From: a virus
Taxonomy: Duplodnaviria > Caudoviricetes
Reading direction: 5' to 3' (one strand)
Length of the DNA stretch: 35,261 nt
IMG/VR virus record: IMGVR_UViG_3300042922_001432
Span: 1-35,261 of that record
A program made the position numbers and the translations under genes. Within the stretch, counting starts at the first letter, position 1, and every line of letters starts with the position of its first letter. A model generated the notes under the pieces. That model made no database searches. It saw nothing but the letters and a program-made list of their open reading frames with translations, and was not told the origin of the DNA. This document shows positions 8,997-18,174 of the stretch, piece by piece.

Positions 8997-9689
8997 CTAT
9001 GCATATATTGGAGGATATTTAAACACCTTTATTAAATATCCATTATCTATCATATACTGAATTTCAGATTCATATACCCCATCTGTCATAATATTAGAAT
9101 AAAATAGATTTGAAAATACATCGGATAACTGAATAATTTTATTATTACTCGAATCAAAATATTGTATTTGGATATTATCTGCAATATTTCTCCCTGTAAT
9201 AAATTCAGTCATAAAAAGTTCCTCAAGGTTATATCTTGCATCTGTTTTAACATTTCGTTCATCGACTTGAATATACCATACTCTATCGGTTAATACAGAA
9301 ATATTATTTAAATGTTCAAAAGCTAATTTTAAAACATAATTAAATGCCCTTGCTTTATTTTTATAAAAATTATTTTCTGCTTTTTCATTATCAATATTTA
9401 TATAAAGTAACTTAAACCAATCATTTTTGCAAAAATAATCAACAAATTTACGTTTCATTTCTGATGTAAAACAACATCCCTTTAATTCTACGAAATCATT
9501 ATCTTTAAACATTTTAGAATCTATATCAATAGATTTTAATTCGATTAAATATTTAGCAACAAACCTCTTATAAATCTTTTTTAATTTATCAGGATTATCT
9601 GTTAGCAATAAGCAAATAATGAATGACTTATTTCTTTTTAATGTTGTCTCATGTGTCATACTCCCTGATTCATCTATATAAATATACAT
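8997..9689 (-). CDS. DUF3800 family protein (RNase H-like fold, putative nuclease); moron
   Basis: N-terminal YIYIDESG, central VDERN and C-terminal DS...IQLSD motifs typical of DUF3800. RBS GGGAGGG favours ATG at 9689 (the ORF track uses 9704). Confidence 0.85.
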   Translation of the reverse strand: MYIYIDESGSMTHETTLKRNKSFIICLLLTDNPDKLKKIYKRFVAKYLIELKSIDIDSKMFKDNDFVELKGCCFTSEMKRKFVDYFCKNDWFKLLYINIDNEKAENNFYKNKARAFNYVLKLAFEHLNNISVLTDRVWYIQVDERNVKTDARYNLEELFMTEFITGRNIADNIQIQYFDSSNNKIIQLSDVFSNLFYSNIMTDGVYESEIQYMIDNGYLIKVFKYPPIYA

Positions 9690-9722
9690 GCTATCCCTCC
9701 CCATTATTAATACTCTTGTAGT

Positions 9723-9731
9723 ATTATACCA
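9723..9731 (-). promoter_or_regulatory. Extended -10 sigma-A promoter of the DUF3800 moron
   Basis: Minus strand TGGTATAAT (TGn-TATAAT) about 35 nt upstream of the start codon. Confidence 0.65.
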
Positions 9732-9815
9732 TATAATGGAATATTAGGAAGAAATAAATCATATAAAGTTTAAGGCAAAGTACAACATTAAACAAGAGGA
9801 GAGGATTATGTTATG

Positions 9816-10049
9816 TTAATAATAAATCTGTATGTAACCATCGTTGAAACTTATTGTTATTAGATCTTCACTATCTTGAAATCCTACATATATTACACTA
9901 TCTACAAGGAAAGCATTGAGGACTAGGCTAGTATCTTCTAATAATTCTTCTTCTGGTAATTCATCGTCTGAATGGTAGCTAGAGAAAACCATTCCATCTT
10001 CACATTCCATTGTTAGGTTGGTAAGCTTGTATTTATCCAAATACTGCAA
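9816..10049 (-). CDS. Small acidic hypothetical protein (start uncertain)
   Basis: 77-aa ORF overlapping the 3' end of the tail gene, with no clear RBS. It may be a remnant. Confidence 0.4.
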   Translation of the reverse strand: MQYLDKYKLTNLTMECEDGMVFSSYHSDDELPEEELLEDTSLVLNAFLVDSVIYVGFQDSEDLITISFNDGYIQIYY

Positions 10050-11745
10050 CCGGTTTATTGTTACCCCATTCTATATTCTGTGCATCCGATAAATCAACAT
10101 AACCATAAAGAGACGTGGTACCATTTGTTATCCCTAAATTAACGTGGTTGCAATTTAGATCAGCCCTAAGTGCTGACATATAAATCGAATCGTATATACT
10201 ATATATGCTCGCTGTATCTGAAAAGGATATCACTTTTCTATCTGTGTCATTTAAAGCTCCTAATCTTAACTCTTTTGCAACTTGCGCTATATTTGTACTA
10301 ATACGTTCAGCATCTATCGTCCCAGTTTTGATGCAATCACCATTAATAAGAGTCGTCCCCCCTGATAGACCAACTAGTGTCACAAGTCCATCTAATACTA
10401 ACCTACTAGCAGCTATTCTTATTTCTTCTGCTGATTGATTTATACTTGAAATTACTCCATCTTTGGAAACTTTCAAAGCAATCTCTTCTGCTGTTTGTGT
10501 TATACTTGAACTTAATTGATTTTCTTTTGCTGTTGCTCTTGAAACTTCAGTTAATATTTGTTCAGCTGTTTGCGTTATATTGGACTTATTAGTTTGAATT
10601 AACTCATTCAGACCACCATTACCATCTATACCGTATAAATCCTTTGTAAACGTACTTCTTAATTCTAATAAATCTTGAGTAAATTCCGATGTGTATAAAG
10701 CAATCGTGTTTAGGGTTTCTTGCGCAGTTCCTTGTAAGTCATTTATTTGTTTCGTAAAATTTTGAACCAACTTTTTAAGTGTCTTTCTAAAATTTCCAAA
10801 TTGAATAAATCCAAACTTTTTGGCTAGGCAATCATATTTTACTGAAATGACTTCTGTATATAGGTCTATTCCCATTTGCGGATAATTAACTTTTATCGTA
10901 TCACCAATATCAACTATGCCATTGAGATGTGCTTTTAACTCATAGTTTACTCTTGGATATTTATTAACTTCTAGGTATTCTTGTGCTTGAACTCGCAAAT
11001 CATAAAGAACCTCATTAGTATCTTCTATATCTATATTTTCGCTAGGATTGAATTGAATTGATTTCACATATGGGATGTTATATTGAACATCTGATATTAA
11101 AAATTGTTCAGGTAATGTTACTCCGTTATAACCAACTGGTAAAATTTTAGTAACAACATCATCCCAGTTCTCAAACGCCTTTAATCCTTCAATATTTTTT
11201 CCATACATTAAAGTAACTCCTCTATCAACTCCTATTTGATTATTTATTCCAAATTCAAAGTTATTTCGATATAAATGTCCACCATATAAATTCAAATGGC
11301 TTAAAATTGTTTCTAAGAGTGACTTCCTAATATACCTTGAAGATTTTTGTTCAATAATATCTGAAGTGGTTGTAAAATTATTCCCTGGTACTGTTCTTTG
11401 TAATATCCAGTTTAGACTGTCATTGCAATTTAAATCTTGTGGATAAACATCTATAAGAAGATAACGTTCGCTATCATAGAACAAATGTTTTGCTTTAAAG
11501 GTTAGTAAATCTCTAGTAATTTCAGGATTATTAAGTCTAAAACCTTGTTCGCCCCATGGCGTATTTACTCTCACTATATTGTTTTGTTGTAGCCATTCGA
11601 TATATTTTGTACTAGCTTCCAATTCTAAATAATATTCACCATTATCTTCCTTGAAAACTTGTGCTCGTTCTGGTTTAATTATCTTAATTCCATTGTTTAA
11701 AAATTGTGTTTCCGTAGCTTCATATACTTTTATCATTATATCCAC
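10033..11745 (-). CDS. Tail-associated protein (Tal / prophage tail endopeptidase-like)
   Basis: Follows Dit. It has the Prophage_tail-like motifs GEQGFR, YGKNIEG and VVTKILPVGYNG, and C-terminal SSITQTAEEI-type repeats. Confidence 0.85.
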   Translation of the reverse strand: MDIMIKVYEATETQFLNNGIKIIKPERAQVFKEDNGEYYLELEASTKYIEWLQQNNIVRVNTPWGEQGFRLNNPEITRDLLTFKAKHLFYDSERYLLIDVYPQDLNCNDSLNWILQRTVPGNNFTTTSDIIEQKSSRYIRKSLLETILSHLNLYGGHLYRNNFEFGINNQIGVDRGVTLMYGKNIEGLKAFENWDDVVTKILPVGYNGVTLPEQFLISDVQYNIPYVKSIQFNPSENIDIEDTNEVLYDLRVQAQEYLEVNKYPRVNYELKAHLNGIVDIGDTIKVNYPQMGIDLYTEVISVKYDCLAKKFGFIQFGNFRKTLKKLVQNFTKQINDLQGTAQETLNTIALYTSEFTQDLLELRSTFTKDLYGIDGNGGLNELIQTNKSNITQTAEQILTEVSRATAKENQLSSSITQTAEEIALKVSKDGVISSINQSAEEIRIAASRLVLDGLVTLVGLSGGTTLINGDCIKTGTIDAERISTNIAQVAKELRLGALNDTDRKVISFSDTASIYSIYDSIYMSALRADLNCNHVNLGITNGTTSLYGYVDLSDAQNIEWGNNKPVAVFG

Positions 11746-12413
11746 CTACTTCTTACTAAAGTTTCTACCTTGGTTACATTCCCCGTAAATGATATTGTGT
11801 TAACATTTGGTTTAAAAACAGGAAACTCCCCTGTCATATTTCTATTAACAAGTTCATTTCCTCTAGTTGCTTCTAATTCTTCGGAATCTAGTGTTATGTA
11901 ATCCGTTATGTTTAATGTACATACTGATAATCCATTAATATATAATGTAACTAATCCGTTACCGTATATAGTCATTTTAGGCTTACAATCAATATAACCT
12001 TGATTTAACACGGTAAGTCCATTTGTTATTTTTTCACTAGCTAAATATTTGAACGGTTGCACTAAAAAATGTATATCTGCTTTTCTAAACCTTAAAGCTT
12101 TTTCAAAATCTAATTGATCTAAGATTTCTGCATTATAAAATTTATTAGGCTCATTACTCATTATCAGCTTTCCTTTGCCATCTAACCAATTTGCTAACTC
12201 ATCTAAATAGAAGTTGTTACTCTCGGTCAATCCTATTTTAATAACTTTTTCATACGATCCATAGCCTAAAATATCAGTTATTGTACCATCTTTACCGTCA
12301 ATATTTGTCGTATTATACCTTTTGGGTGCACGAGTAATACTCGGAAGTGATTCAACTATGACATCCTTGTACATACTATTTATTGATTTAAACTCAAACC
12401 ATTCCTTTTCCAT
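11736..12413 (-). CDS. Distal tail protein (Dit)
   Basis: Immediately downstream of the tape measure gene. Motifs IDGKDG, WLDGKGKL, VQPFKY and a C-terminal RW. Confidence 0.85.
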   Translation of the reverse strand: MEKEWFEFKSINSMYKDVIVESLPSITRAPKRYNTTNIDGKDGTITDILGYGSYEKVIKIGLTESNNFYLDELANWLDGKGKLIMSNEPNKFYNAEILDQLDFEKALRFRKADIHFLVQPFKYLASEKITNGLTVLNQGYIDCKPKMTIYGNGLVTLYINGLSVCTLNITDYITLDSEELEATRGNELVNRNMTGEFPVFKPNVNTISFTGNVTKVETLVRSRWI

Positions 12414-15410
12414 TTATGAATACACTTCCTTCCTTATAGTATCGCTTATAACTTCCCCCATTATTTCTCTGTTCATTTCAACTTTTAGTCCTGCTCTTGC
12501 TATTCCATTAACAACCGCATTTGCAAGTAGAGCATAATCAATAGTAGGTGATGTAATATTATTACTTTTGCTTGTATTTAAACTATAGTTACCACTCATT
12601 TCAAGATTTCTTGGTATACTTTTGTTTATTTCTTGTGTAACTGCCTTCATTTCGTCCGTAAAACCGATTCCAAAACCCTCTGCGGTATATGAGCCAATTT
12701 CTGCAAATACTCTCGATGGAGATTTTATTTGTAGCACATTTTCTGTCATAGATTTTAAACCGCCAATACTATCACCAACCCTTGACCTTACTTTAGCAAA
12801 TTCATCTTGAAACCCAGTTCCAAAACCTTTAGCTAAGTTAGCTCCTATTGCCTGCCACTCACCTATTATTCTATCACCGCCAGTTTGCATCTTTCGTAAC
12901 TCACGTTGATATCCTGTTCCTGCTTCGGCTACTTCTTTTGACACTATATCGGCTACGACAAACTTTTCTGTCCATAAACTATTTAATTCTTGAACTTGTG
13001 TATCCGTCATTGTTACGAGAGCAGATACATATTGAGCCGATTCAGGCCCCATATCTCGTAATTCTTTTAGTAACCCCTCGTCAATACCTTTTTTAGCTAA
13101 TTCAGCAAGATTACTAGACCAATTTTGAACACCAGTAATTTGACTTTCTAAATTCGCAAGTATTTCATCATTAGAATATTTTACTTCATCATTGAATTTA
13201 TCAAATAATTTAATCTGACTTTCAATGCTTTCTTTTGCTGTTTTAGCTTGATCTTCGAATGATTTTTTAAGTGTATCAAGTGCTTTTATAGCCTCGTCAC
13301 TTGCTTTTGTTGTCGCTTCACCAAATCCTTTTACGTTGTTTCCAGATTCATTGGTGCTTTCCTCTATGATTGTTTTTGCGAACAGAACTTCTTCATCTAG
13401 TAGTCCAATTGATTTATTAACAGTATTTATTTGTTTGTCAACCTCATCTATTTTATCTAAATATTTATTCATATCATCAAGATTTATATTTTCATCCCAT
13501 TGATCTTCTGGTTTTCTATTTTCAACTTCTTCTAGTTTGACCATTAAATCCATTCTTGCTTGGGTTAATTCTGCAAGTGTTTTCTCTGATTCATACTTTT
13601 CTTTGTATATCTTTGTCATATCTTCTTGTGCAGCAACAACTTTATAATATTCTTCTTGTGCGCTTATTAAGCTATGAATTTCGTCTGCTTGTAAATTAAG
13701 ATAACCCGTTCCTTCATCAATACTTAAATTCATTTCAGGTATAGATTTATTTAATTCATCAATAAGAGACTTCATTATTGCTTTTTGACCATTTGTTTTT
13801 TCTTCAACTTCATTTAATGCTAACAATTCGTCTGCCAAATTTTTATATGCACCAAACTCATTCTCTATATCTTCTTTGTTTTCTTTTCTATTGTCTATAC
13901 CGTCTTTAATCGTGGTATTTAGTTCCTGTGATTTTACTATCATTGCATCAACTTTTTCTAAGTATAAATCAGTTTCGCTTTTCGTTTCTTCAGTCGCATT
14001 CTTGATTAGTAAAATAGCTGCTGTTATTGTTCCTACAGCGATTGCTGCCATTGCAACTGGATTTCCTGTTAAGGCGGTTGTTAAACCACCAAATAAACTT
14101 TTTGAGCCGTCTGACTCGGTACCAATTGACTTTATTGAATCAACAACACCTTTTATACCAGTCCCAACTTTTAAAGTTGCTACACCTGCGCCAATACCTC
14201 CAACAACTGTTGCAATAGTATCACCGTTATCCATTATCCAGTCTAATCCATCAACTAAAATTGGTAATGCATTTTTAGCTAGATCACCTACTCCAGTCGC
14301 AAGTGCACCCATTGCCCTATTCATTAGTGGAGCGGTCGTTCTTGCGATATCTGACATCTTTTCTCTTAATTCAAATTGTGCATCCGAATTTTTTATTAGT
14401 TCTTCATTATTTTTACGATAACCATCATTAACTTTAGATAATCCTGTTTTTGCTAATACATCAAGAGCATATTTTTGACGGTCTGCTTCAGTGGTACAGT
14501 TTGCCAACCCCTTGTTAAAGTCATCTAAGTTGTACCCTAGTCGTTCTAATAATTCTGAAAATGGGCCAATTGCCTTTCCTGTTGCGAGTGTTTCTTGTAA
14601 ACCATCTGACAATCCTTCTATTTTCATAGTATCAGGGAATTGAATAACCGCACCACTTAGGTTCTCAACTGCTGTTTGCAAATTTGATCCAGTAAAACCT
14701 GCCTTCATTAAATTTGATAAAGCCTCGATATTTGAATCAGTCTCACCTGTAATTGCATCAAGATTTTTTAATTCACCACTTACATCATTGATGTTCGCTC
14801 CTGCTGTTTTTGCATTTTGTTCTAATTTAGCGAAGTCATTACGATATTCTTTTGTTTTTTCAGATACTGCTACAATTCCGCTTATTACTCCAACAAAAGC
14901 TCCACCTACTATTTTAGCAAAGTCTTTTGTACCCTCTTTTACTTTTGCTATTTCTTCATTAAACCCCTCGACTTTACCTTTACTTGTTTTAGCTTCTTTG
15001 CCAAATTCATCAATAGATTTTGCCATTCCGTCAGTGGATTTTACTGCTTCATTAAGGTACTTCGAGTTATTTCTTAACTCTTTTTCCATCTTATTCAATT
15101 CGGCAGATGCATTGTTTACAGACTGTTGCCATGATTGAGTTACCTTGTCATTTTCACCATACTTTTTAGTAGACTCTTCAAGTCCTTTTGTTAATTCAGT
15201 TAATTTCTTTTTTTGCTCATCTGTCTGTTTATTTAGAACATCATTTTTTCTTTTTAGTGCTTCTACTGAATTTGCTTGTCCATCGAATTCACTTGTGACT
15301 AACTTCATTTCAGAGCCAAGTGTTTTCATTGTAGAATTTATATTTCTTATACTCTGCCTATATTCTGCTTCGCCCTCAATCCCAATCTTTGCCCCTATAT
15401 CATATGCCAT
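12414..15410 (-). CDS. Tail tape measure protein
   Basis: 998 aa, largely coiled-coil, with N-terminal IGAKIGIEGE, central hydrophobic G/A-rich segments and a C-terminal IKSPSRVF motif. Confidence 0.92.
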   Translation of the reverse strand: MAYDIGAKIGIEGEAEYRQSIRNINSTMKTLGSEMKLVTSEFDGQANSVEALKRKNDVLNKQTDEQKKKLTELTKGLEESTKKYGENDKVTQSWQQSVNNASAELNKMEKELRNNSKYLNEAVKSTDGMAKSIDEFGKEAKTSKGKVEGFNEEIAKVKEGTKDFAKIVGGAFVGVISGIVAVSEKTKEYRNDFAKLEQNAKTAGANINDVSGELKNLDAITGETDSNIEALSNLMKAGFTGSNLQTAVENLSGAVIQFPDTMKIEGLSDGLQETLATGKAIGPFSELLERLGYNLDDFNKGLANCTTEADRQKYALDVLAKTGLSKVNDGYRKNNEELIKNSDAQFELREKMSDIARTTAPLMNRAMGALATGVGDLAKNALPILVDGLDWIMDNGDTIATVVGGIGAGVATLKVGTGIKGVVDSIKSIGTESDGSKSLFGGLTTALTGNPVAMAAIAVGTITAAILLIKNATEETKSETDLYLEKVDAMIVKSQELNTTIKDGIDNRKENKEDIENEFGAYKNLADELLALNEVEEKTNGQKAIMKSLIDELNKSIPEMNLSIDEGTGYLNLQADEIHSLISAQEEYYKVVAAQEDMTKIYKEKYESEKTLAELTQARMDLMVKLEEVENRKPEDQWDENINLDDMNKYLDKIDEVDKQINTVNKSIGLLDEEVLFAKTIIEESTNESGNNVKGFGEATTKASDEAIKALDTLKKSFEDQAKTAKESIESQIKLFDKFNDEVKYSNDEILANLESQITGVQNWSSNLAELAKKGIDEGLLKELRDMGPESAQYVSALVTMTDTQVQELNSLWTEKFVVADIVSKEVAEAGTGYQRELRKMQTGGDRIIGEWQAIGANLAKGFGTGFQDEFAKVRSRVGDSIGGLKSMTENVLQIKSPSRVFAEIGSYTAEGFGIGFTDEMKAVTQEINKSIPRNLEMSGNYSLNTSKSNNITSPTIDYALLANAVVNGIARAGLKVEMNREIMGEVISDTIRKEVYS

Positions 15411-15430
15411 TATCTCACCAGCTTTCTAAT

Positions 15431-15625
15431 TTAAAATGGTATTACATCATCTATTGTCGTTTCTTTATTTTCAATTCCTTTATATTTACGGTGTTCTCTA
15501 ATCAATAAAAGAATCTTCTTTATTGTCATTCTCCACACTTCTTTTTCGTTATAACCTAACACAACTTTTCCTAAATAAAGCAAGCAAGTAATTTCGATCT
15601 TTACTGCTTGCTGTTCTCGTTTGGG
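15431..15625 (-). CDS. Tail assembly chaperone frameshift extension (gpT-like part of gpGT)
   Basis: The -1 frame is open from the slippery site CCCAAAC (15625-15619): ...KREQQAVKIEITCLLYLGKVVLGYNEKEVWRMTIKK...IDDVIPF*. Confidence 0.8.
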   Translation of the reverse strand, partial: PKREQQAVKIEITCLLYLGKVVLGYNEKEVWRMTIKKILLLIREHRKYKGIENKETTIDDVIPF

Positions 15626-15993
15626 AACTCTTCTTCCTCTGTTTCCATCAATGAACTTGAAAAAGCTTCTAATACCATTGTTACTACAAAGCCTGTATTA
15701 CACTTAGCCAAAATTCTTCCAACATATCTTTCAGATACCTTTTCCCATTTGTCACTATTTTCATCATTATGTATATCAACATCTTCATTAATTAAAACCA
15801 TCATAATATATTTAAGTATGTTATAAGATTTCTTTTTTTCTTCTTCTGTTTCTCCAAACATCTTCATTAAAACTTCATTTATTGCTAAGTTGTAATGTTC
15901 CTGTAAATCGTCTATGACGTTAAGTGTAAACAATAATTTTCTTGGTTTATTATCAAGATTTATTTCAATTCCTTTTGGTTTTAAACTTCTCAT
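15601..15993 (-). CDS. Tail assembly chaperone (gpG-like)
   Basis: 130 aa between the major tail and tape measure genes, ending with a slippery heptamer. Confidence 0.85.
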   Translation of the reverse strand: MRSLKPKGIEINLDNKPRKLLFTLNVIDDLQEHYNLAINEVLMKMFGETEEEKKKSYNILKYIMMVLINEDVDIHNDENSDKWEKVSERYVGRILAKCNTGFVVTMVLEAFSSSLMETEEEEFPNENSKQ

Positions 15994-16012
15994 TTTATCC
16001 CTCCATTTTTAT

Positions 16013-16040
16013 AAAAAAGAGGATGGAATTATCCACCCTC
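16013..16040 (-). terminator. Intrinsic terminator after major tail gene
   Basis: Minus strand GAGGGTGGA-TAAT-TCCATCCTCTTTTTT. Confidence 0.75.
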
Positions 16041-16047
16041 GGTCATT

Positions 16048-16584
16048 TTATACTTCAGGTGTAATACCTGCCTTAGTATTTAAGTATGTAATTGCTTCAG
16101 CTTCCGTTGCAAATGTTTGTTCTGATTTCCAATTCCCGTTATCTAAAGTCATTATTGTACCTTCAAGCGTTGGTGTATTAAACGTTACATTTTCACCTCT
16201 TGTTGTATTTGTATCATTTGGTTCTGCAAACTGTACCTTATTTAAAAATATAGCACGAAACTTTTTAACATTATTAACTAGTTTAGTTGCATAAAAACCG
16301 ATACCAACGTATGGAGCAATATCTGCACGGTTTGCTACTATTTCACCTGTTACAGCGTCTACTGTATGTCCCAACATATCAGCTTGTATAACGTCTGAAA
16401 GATCATCAATCCCTATTGTAATACTACCACTTTGAAACGATTTATCAGATTCAGCTATTGCATCCTCAGCGAATAACGTAACGTTATTTGATGTAATTGA
16501 AATATCTGCTTGTATAGCTTTACCAATTATTCCTTGTGTAGTTTTCCCACGGTAACACATCATCTTTAATCCTATTTTAGCCAT
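16048..16584 (-). CDS. Major tail protein (phi13-like family)
   Basis: N-terminus MAKIGLK and motifs LFAEDAIAE, APYVGIGF and TRGENVTFNTPTLEG; position fits. Confidence 0.88.
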   Translation of the reverse strand: MAKIGLKMMCYRGKTTQGIIGKAIQADISITSNNVTLFAEDAIAESDKSFQSGSITIGIDDLSDVIQADMLGHTVDAVTGEIVANRADIAPYVGIGFYATKLVNNVKKFRAIFLNKVQFAEPNDTNTTRGENVTFNTPTLEGTIMTLDNGNWKSEQTFATEAEAITYLNTKAGITPEV

Positions 16585-16595
16585 TATTTAAATCC

Positions 16596-17021
16596 TCACT
16601 TTCTATTCATAATTTTACTTATTTTTTCATCAAGTTTATCTTCCATCGCCTTTATTGCTATTTTTTTTGTAGCATTCACAGCAGGTCGAATAAACGGTTT
16701 CTTTTTATGTGTAATACTTCCACTTTCCATAACTCTTGCTTTTAATTGGTTAGGTGTTCCTTTTTCGTCATATCCATCAAAACCAACTTTTGTATTAACA
16801 TTGCCTTGCATATCAACATCAGGTGGAGCAATTCCAAGTGAATCCAATAAATCACCAGTTGATTCTTCTGAGTCTTCTAAATTAGCTTTTAGCCTTTTTC
16901 GAATTTCGTTAGCTACTGGTTGTGCTCCTGCATATACAACATCCTTAGTTATTTCTAAATCTGCAAGCTTTGATAATTTCAATTCAAATTCAGAAGTACC
17001 TCTTATTGTCATTTTAGCCAT
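16596..17021 (-). CDS. HK97 gp10-like tail component
   Basis: Motifs TGDLLDSL and MESGS...KPFIRPA. Confidence 0.85.
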   Translation of the reverse strand: MAKMTIRGTSEFELKLSKLADLEITKDVVYAGAQPVANEIRKRLKANLEDSEESTGDLLDSLGIAPPDVDMQGNVNTKVGFDGYDEKGTPNQLKARVMESGSITHKKKPFIRPAVNATKKIAIKAMEDKLDEKISKIMNRK

Positions 17022-17347
17022 TAGTTGCCTCCATCAACTTCAAATACCCATTCATAGTGTATATATCCTGTTTCTTCCTCATGCTGTATAGAGTTGAGAG
17101 AATAAGCTACTTGAGCATTGTTTAGTGTTTCTTGTATTACATCAAAGGTAGGGTCAAACTCTATTGTGGTAAAATAATCAATGGTACCTTGAATAACTTG
17201 CATTTGCATTTTATTTTCTGAATAAAGCGTGTCGCCTTGCCCGTCCTCTGCCCATACAATGTAATTACCTGTTTGCTTAGAAGCTTTAAAATGGTGAACA
17301 TTAGGCGTCACAGTCAACAATATATCTCTTATATCACTCAATTTCAT
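17021..17347 (-). CDS. Putative tail completion/terminator protein
   Basis: 108 aa in the head-tail joining block, with C-terminal EEETGYIHYEW. Confidence 0.7.
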   Translation of the reverse strand: MKLSDIRDILLTVTPNVHHFKASKQTGNYIVWAEDGQGDTLYSENKMQMQVIQGTIDYFTTIEFDPTFDVIQETLNNAQVAYSLNSIQHEEETGYIHYEWVFEVDGGN

Positions 17348-17687
17348 ATATAGTCTCCAACCTTTCTAAAGATAAATCCATACATTCAGGTTTAACATTT
17401 GGTGGGTATTGGACTTGTTTTATTTCATACTGTGTTCCATCGTGTAATATAGCAACATCTTGTGTTGATACTTTATTAATTCTTGGCACTCTAATAAGTT
17501 GACTAATTTTAATTTTTTCTTGTAGTGCACTATAAAATCTGCTCATTCCAACTGTTCTTTCTTCATAACGTAAAGAACCCTCTTTTAAAGCAAGTCCCAC
17601 TTTGGGCATTTCACCCTTATTCGCTATGTTTTCAGCTTCATAAATATTAACTATTCCATCATTAAATTGTTGAGTTTGTTGCTGCAT
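17334..17687 (-). CDS. Head closure / head-tail adaptor protein
   Basis: Size and position after the connector gene; GTQYEIKQVQ motif. Confidence 0.7.
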   Translation of the reverse strand: MQQQTQQFNDGIVNIYEAENIANKGEMPKVGLALKEGSLRYEERTVGMSRFYSALQEKIKISQLIRVPRINKVSTQDVAILHDGTQYEIKQVQYPPNVKPECMDLSLERLETIYEIE

Positions 17688-17961
17688 AAATAGCCACCTC
17701 CTGTTTCATTTGGAGAGTTAGTAATTCATGCAAGTAGTTTTTTTGAAACTCATTTAAAGCATTAGAACGTGCATATCGACAATAATCAAATAATAATTCT
17801 CTAGGCTTGTCTTCAATTGAGTAGTCAGCTTCAATGCCAATAATTCCATCTAAATATTTGATTCCTCGCTCAATAATACCTGTTAGTTTTGTATCTGTTG
17901 ACTCATCTATCCAAGTAATATCAAGATAATTTTTAACTGCATTTAATAACTCTATTGACAT
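17662..17961 (-). CDS. Head-tail connector protein (gp6-like)
   Basis: Pattern VKNYLDITW-DESTDTKL...LLFDYCRY, downstream of the capsid gene. Confidence 0.8.
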   Translation of the reverse strand: MSIELLNAVKNYLDITWIDESTDTKLTGIIERGIKYLDGIIGIEADYSIEDKPRELLFDYCRYARSNALNEFQKNYLHELLTLQMKQEVAIYAATNSTI

Positions 17962-17969
17962 TTAATCAC

Positions 17970-18164
17970 CTACTTTTTAGTTGCTTTTTTACTTGCTACT
18001 TTTTTAACTATTGGTTTCTCGTCTTTTATTTCCTCCACAAAAACACCAAAAGAGGTTGAGTTAATTTCCTCAAACCTCTTATCAGTGATTGTTAATATTT
18101 CATTAATTTTGTGAAGGTCATTTGTATGCTTATCTTTATAAGTCTTAATTACTTTAACCTTCAT
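17970..18164 (-). CDS. Small basic hypothetical protein following capsid gene
   Basis: 64 aa (MKVKVIKTYKDK...), a type commonly found after the major capsid gene. RBS AGGGGG. Confidence 0.7.
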   Translation of the reverse strand: MKVKVIKTYKDKHTNDLHKINEILTITDKRFEEINSTSFGVFVEEIKDEKPIVKKVASKKATKK

Positions 18165-18174
18165 AGTTTACCCC

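Noticed and set aside
9795-9863. Plus-strand RBS GAGGAGAGG followed by ATG
   Set aside because: It yields only 3-aa or 16-aa peptides, so it cannot be supported as a gene and may be a remnant.
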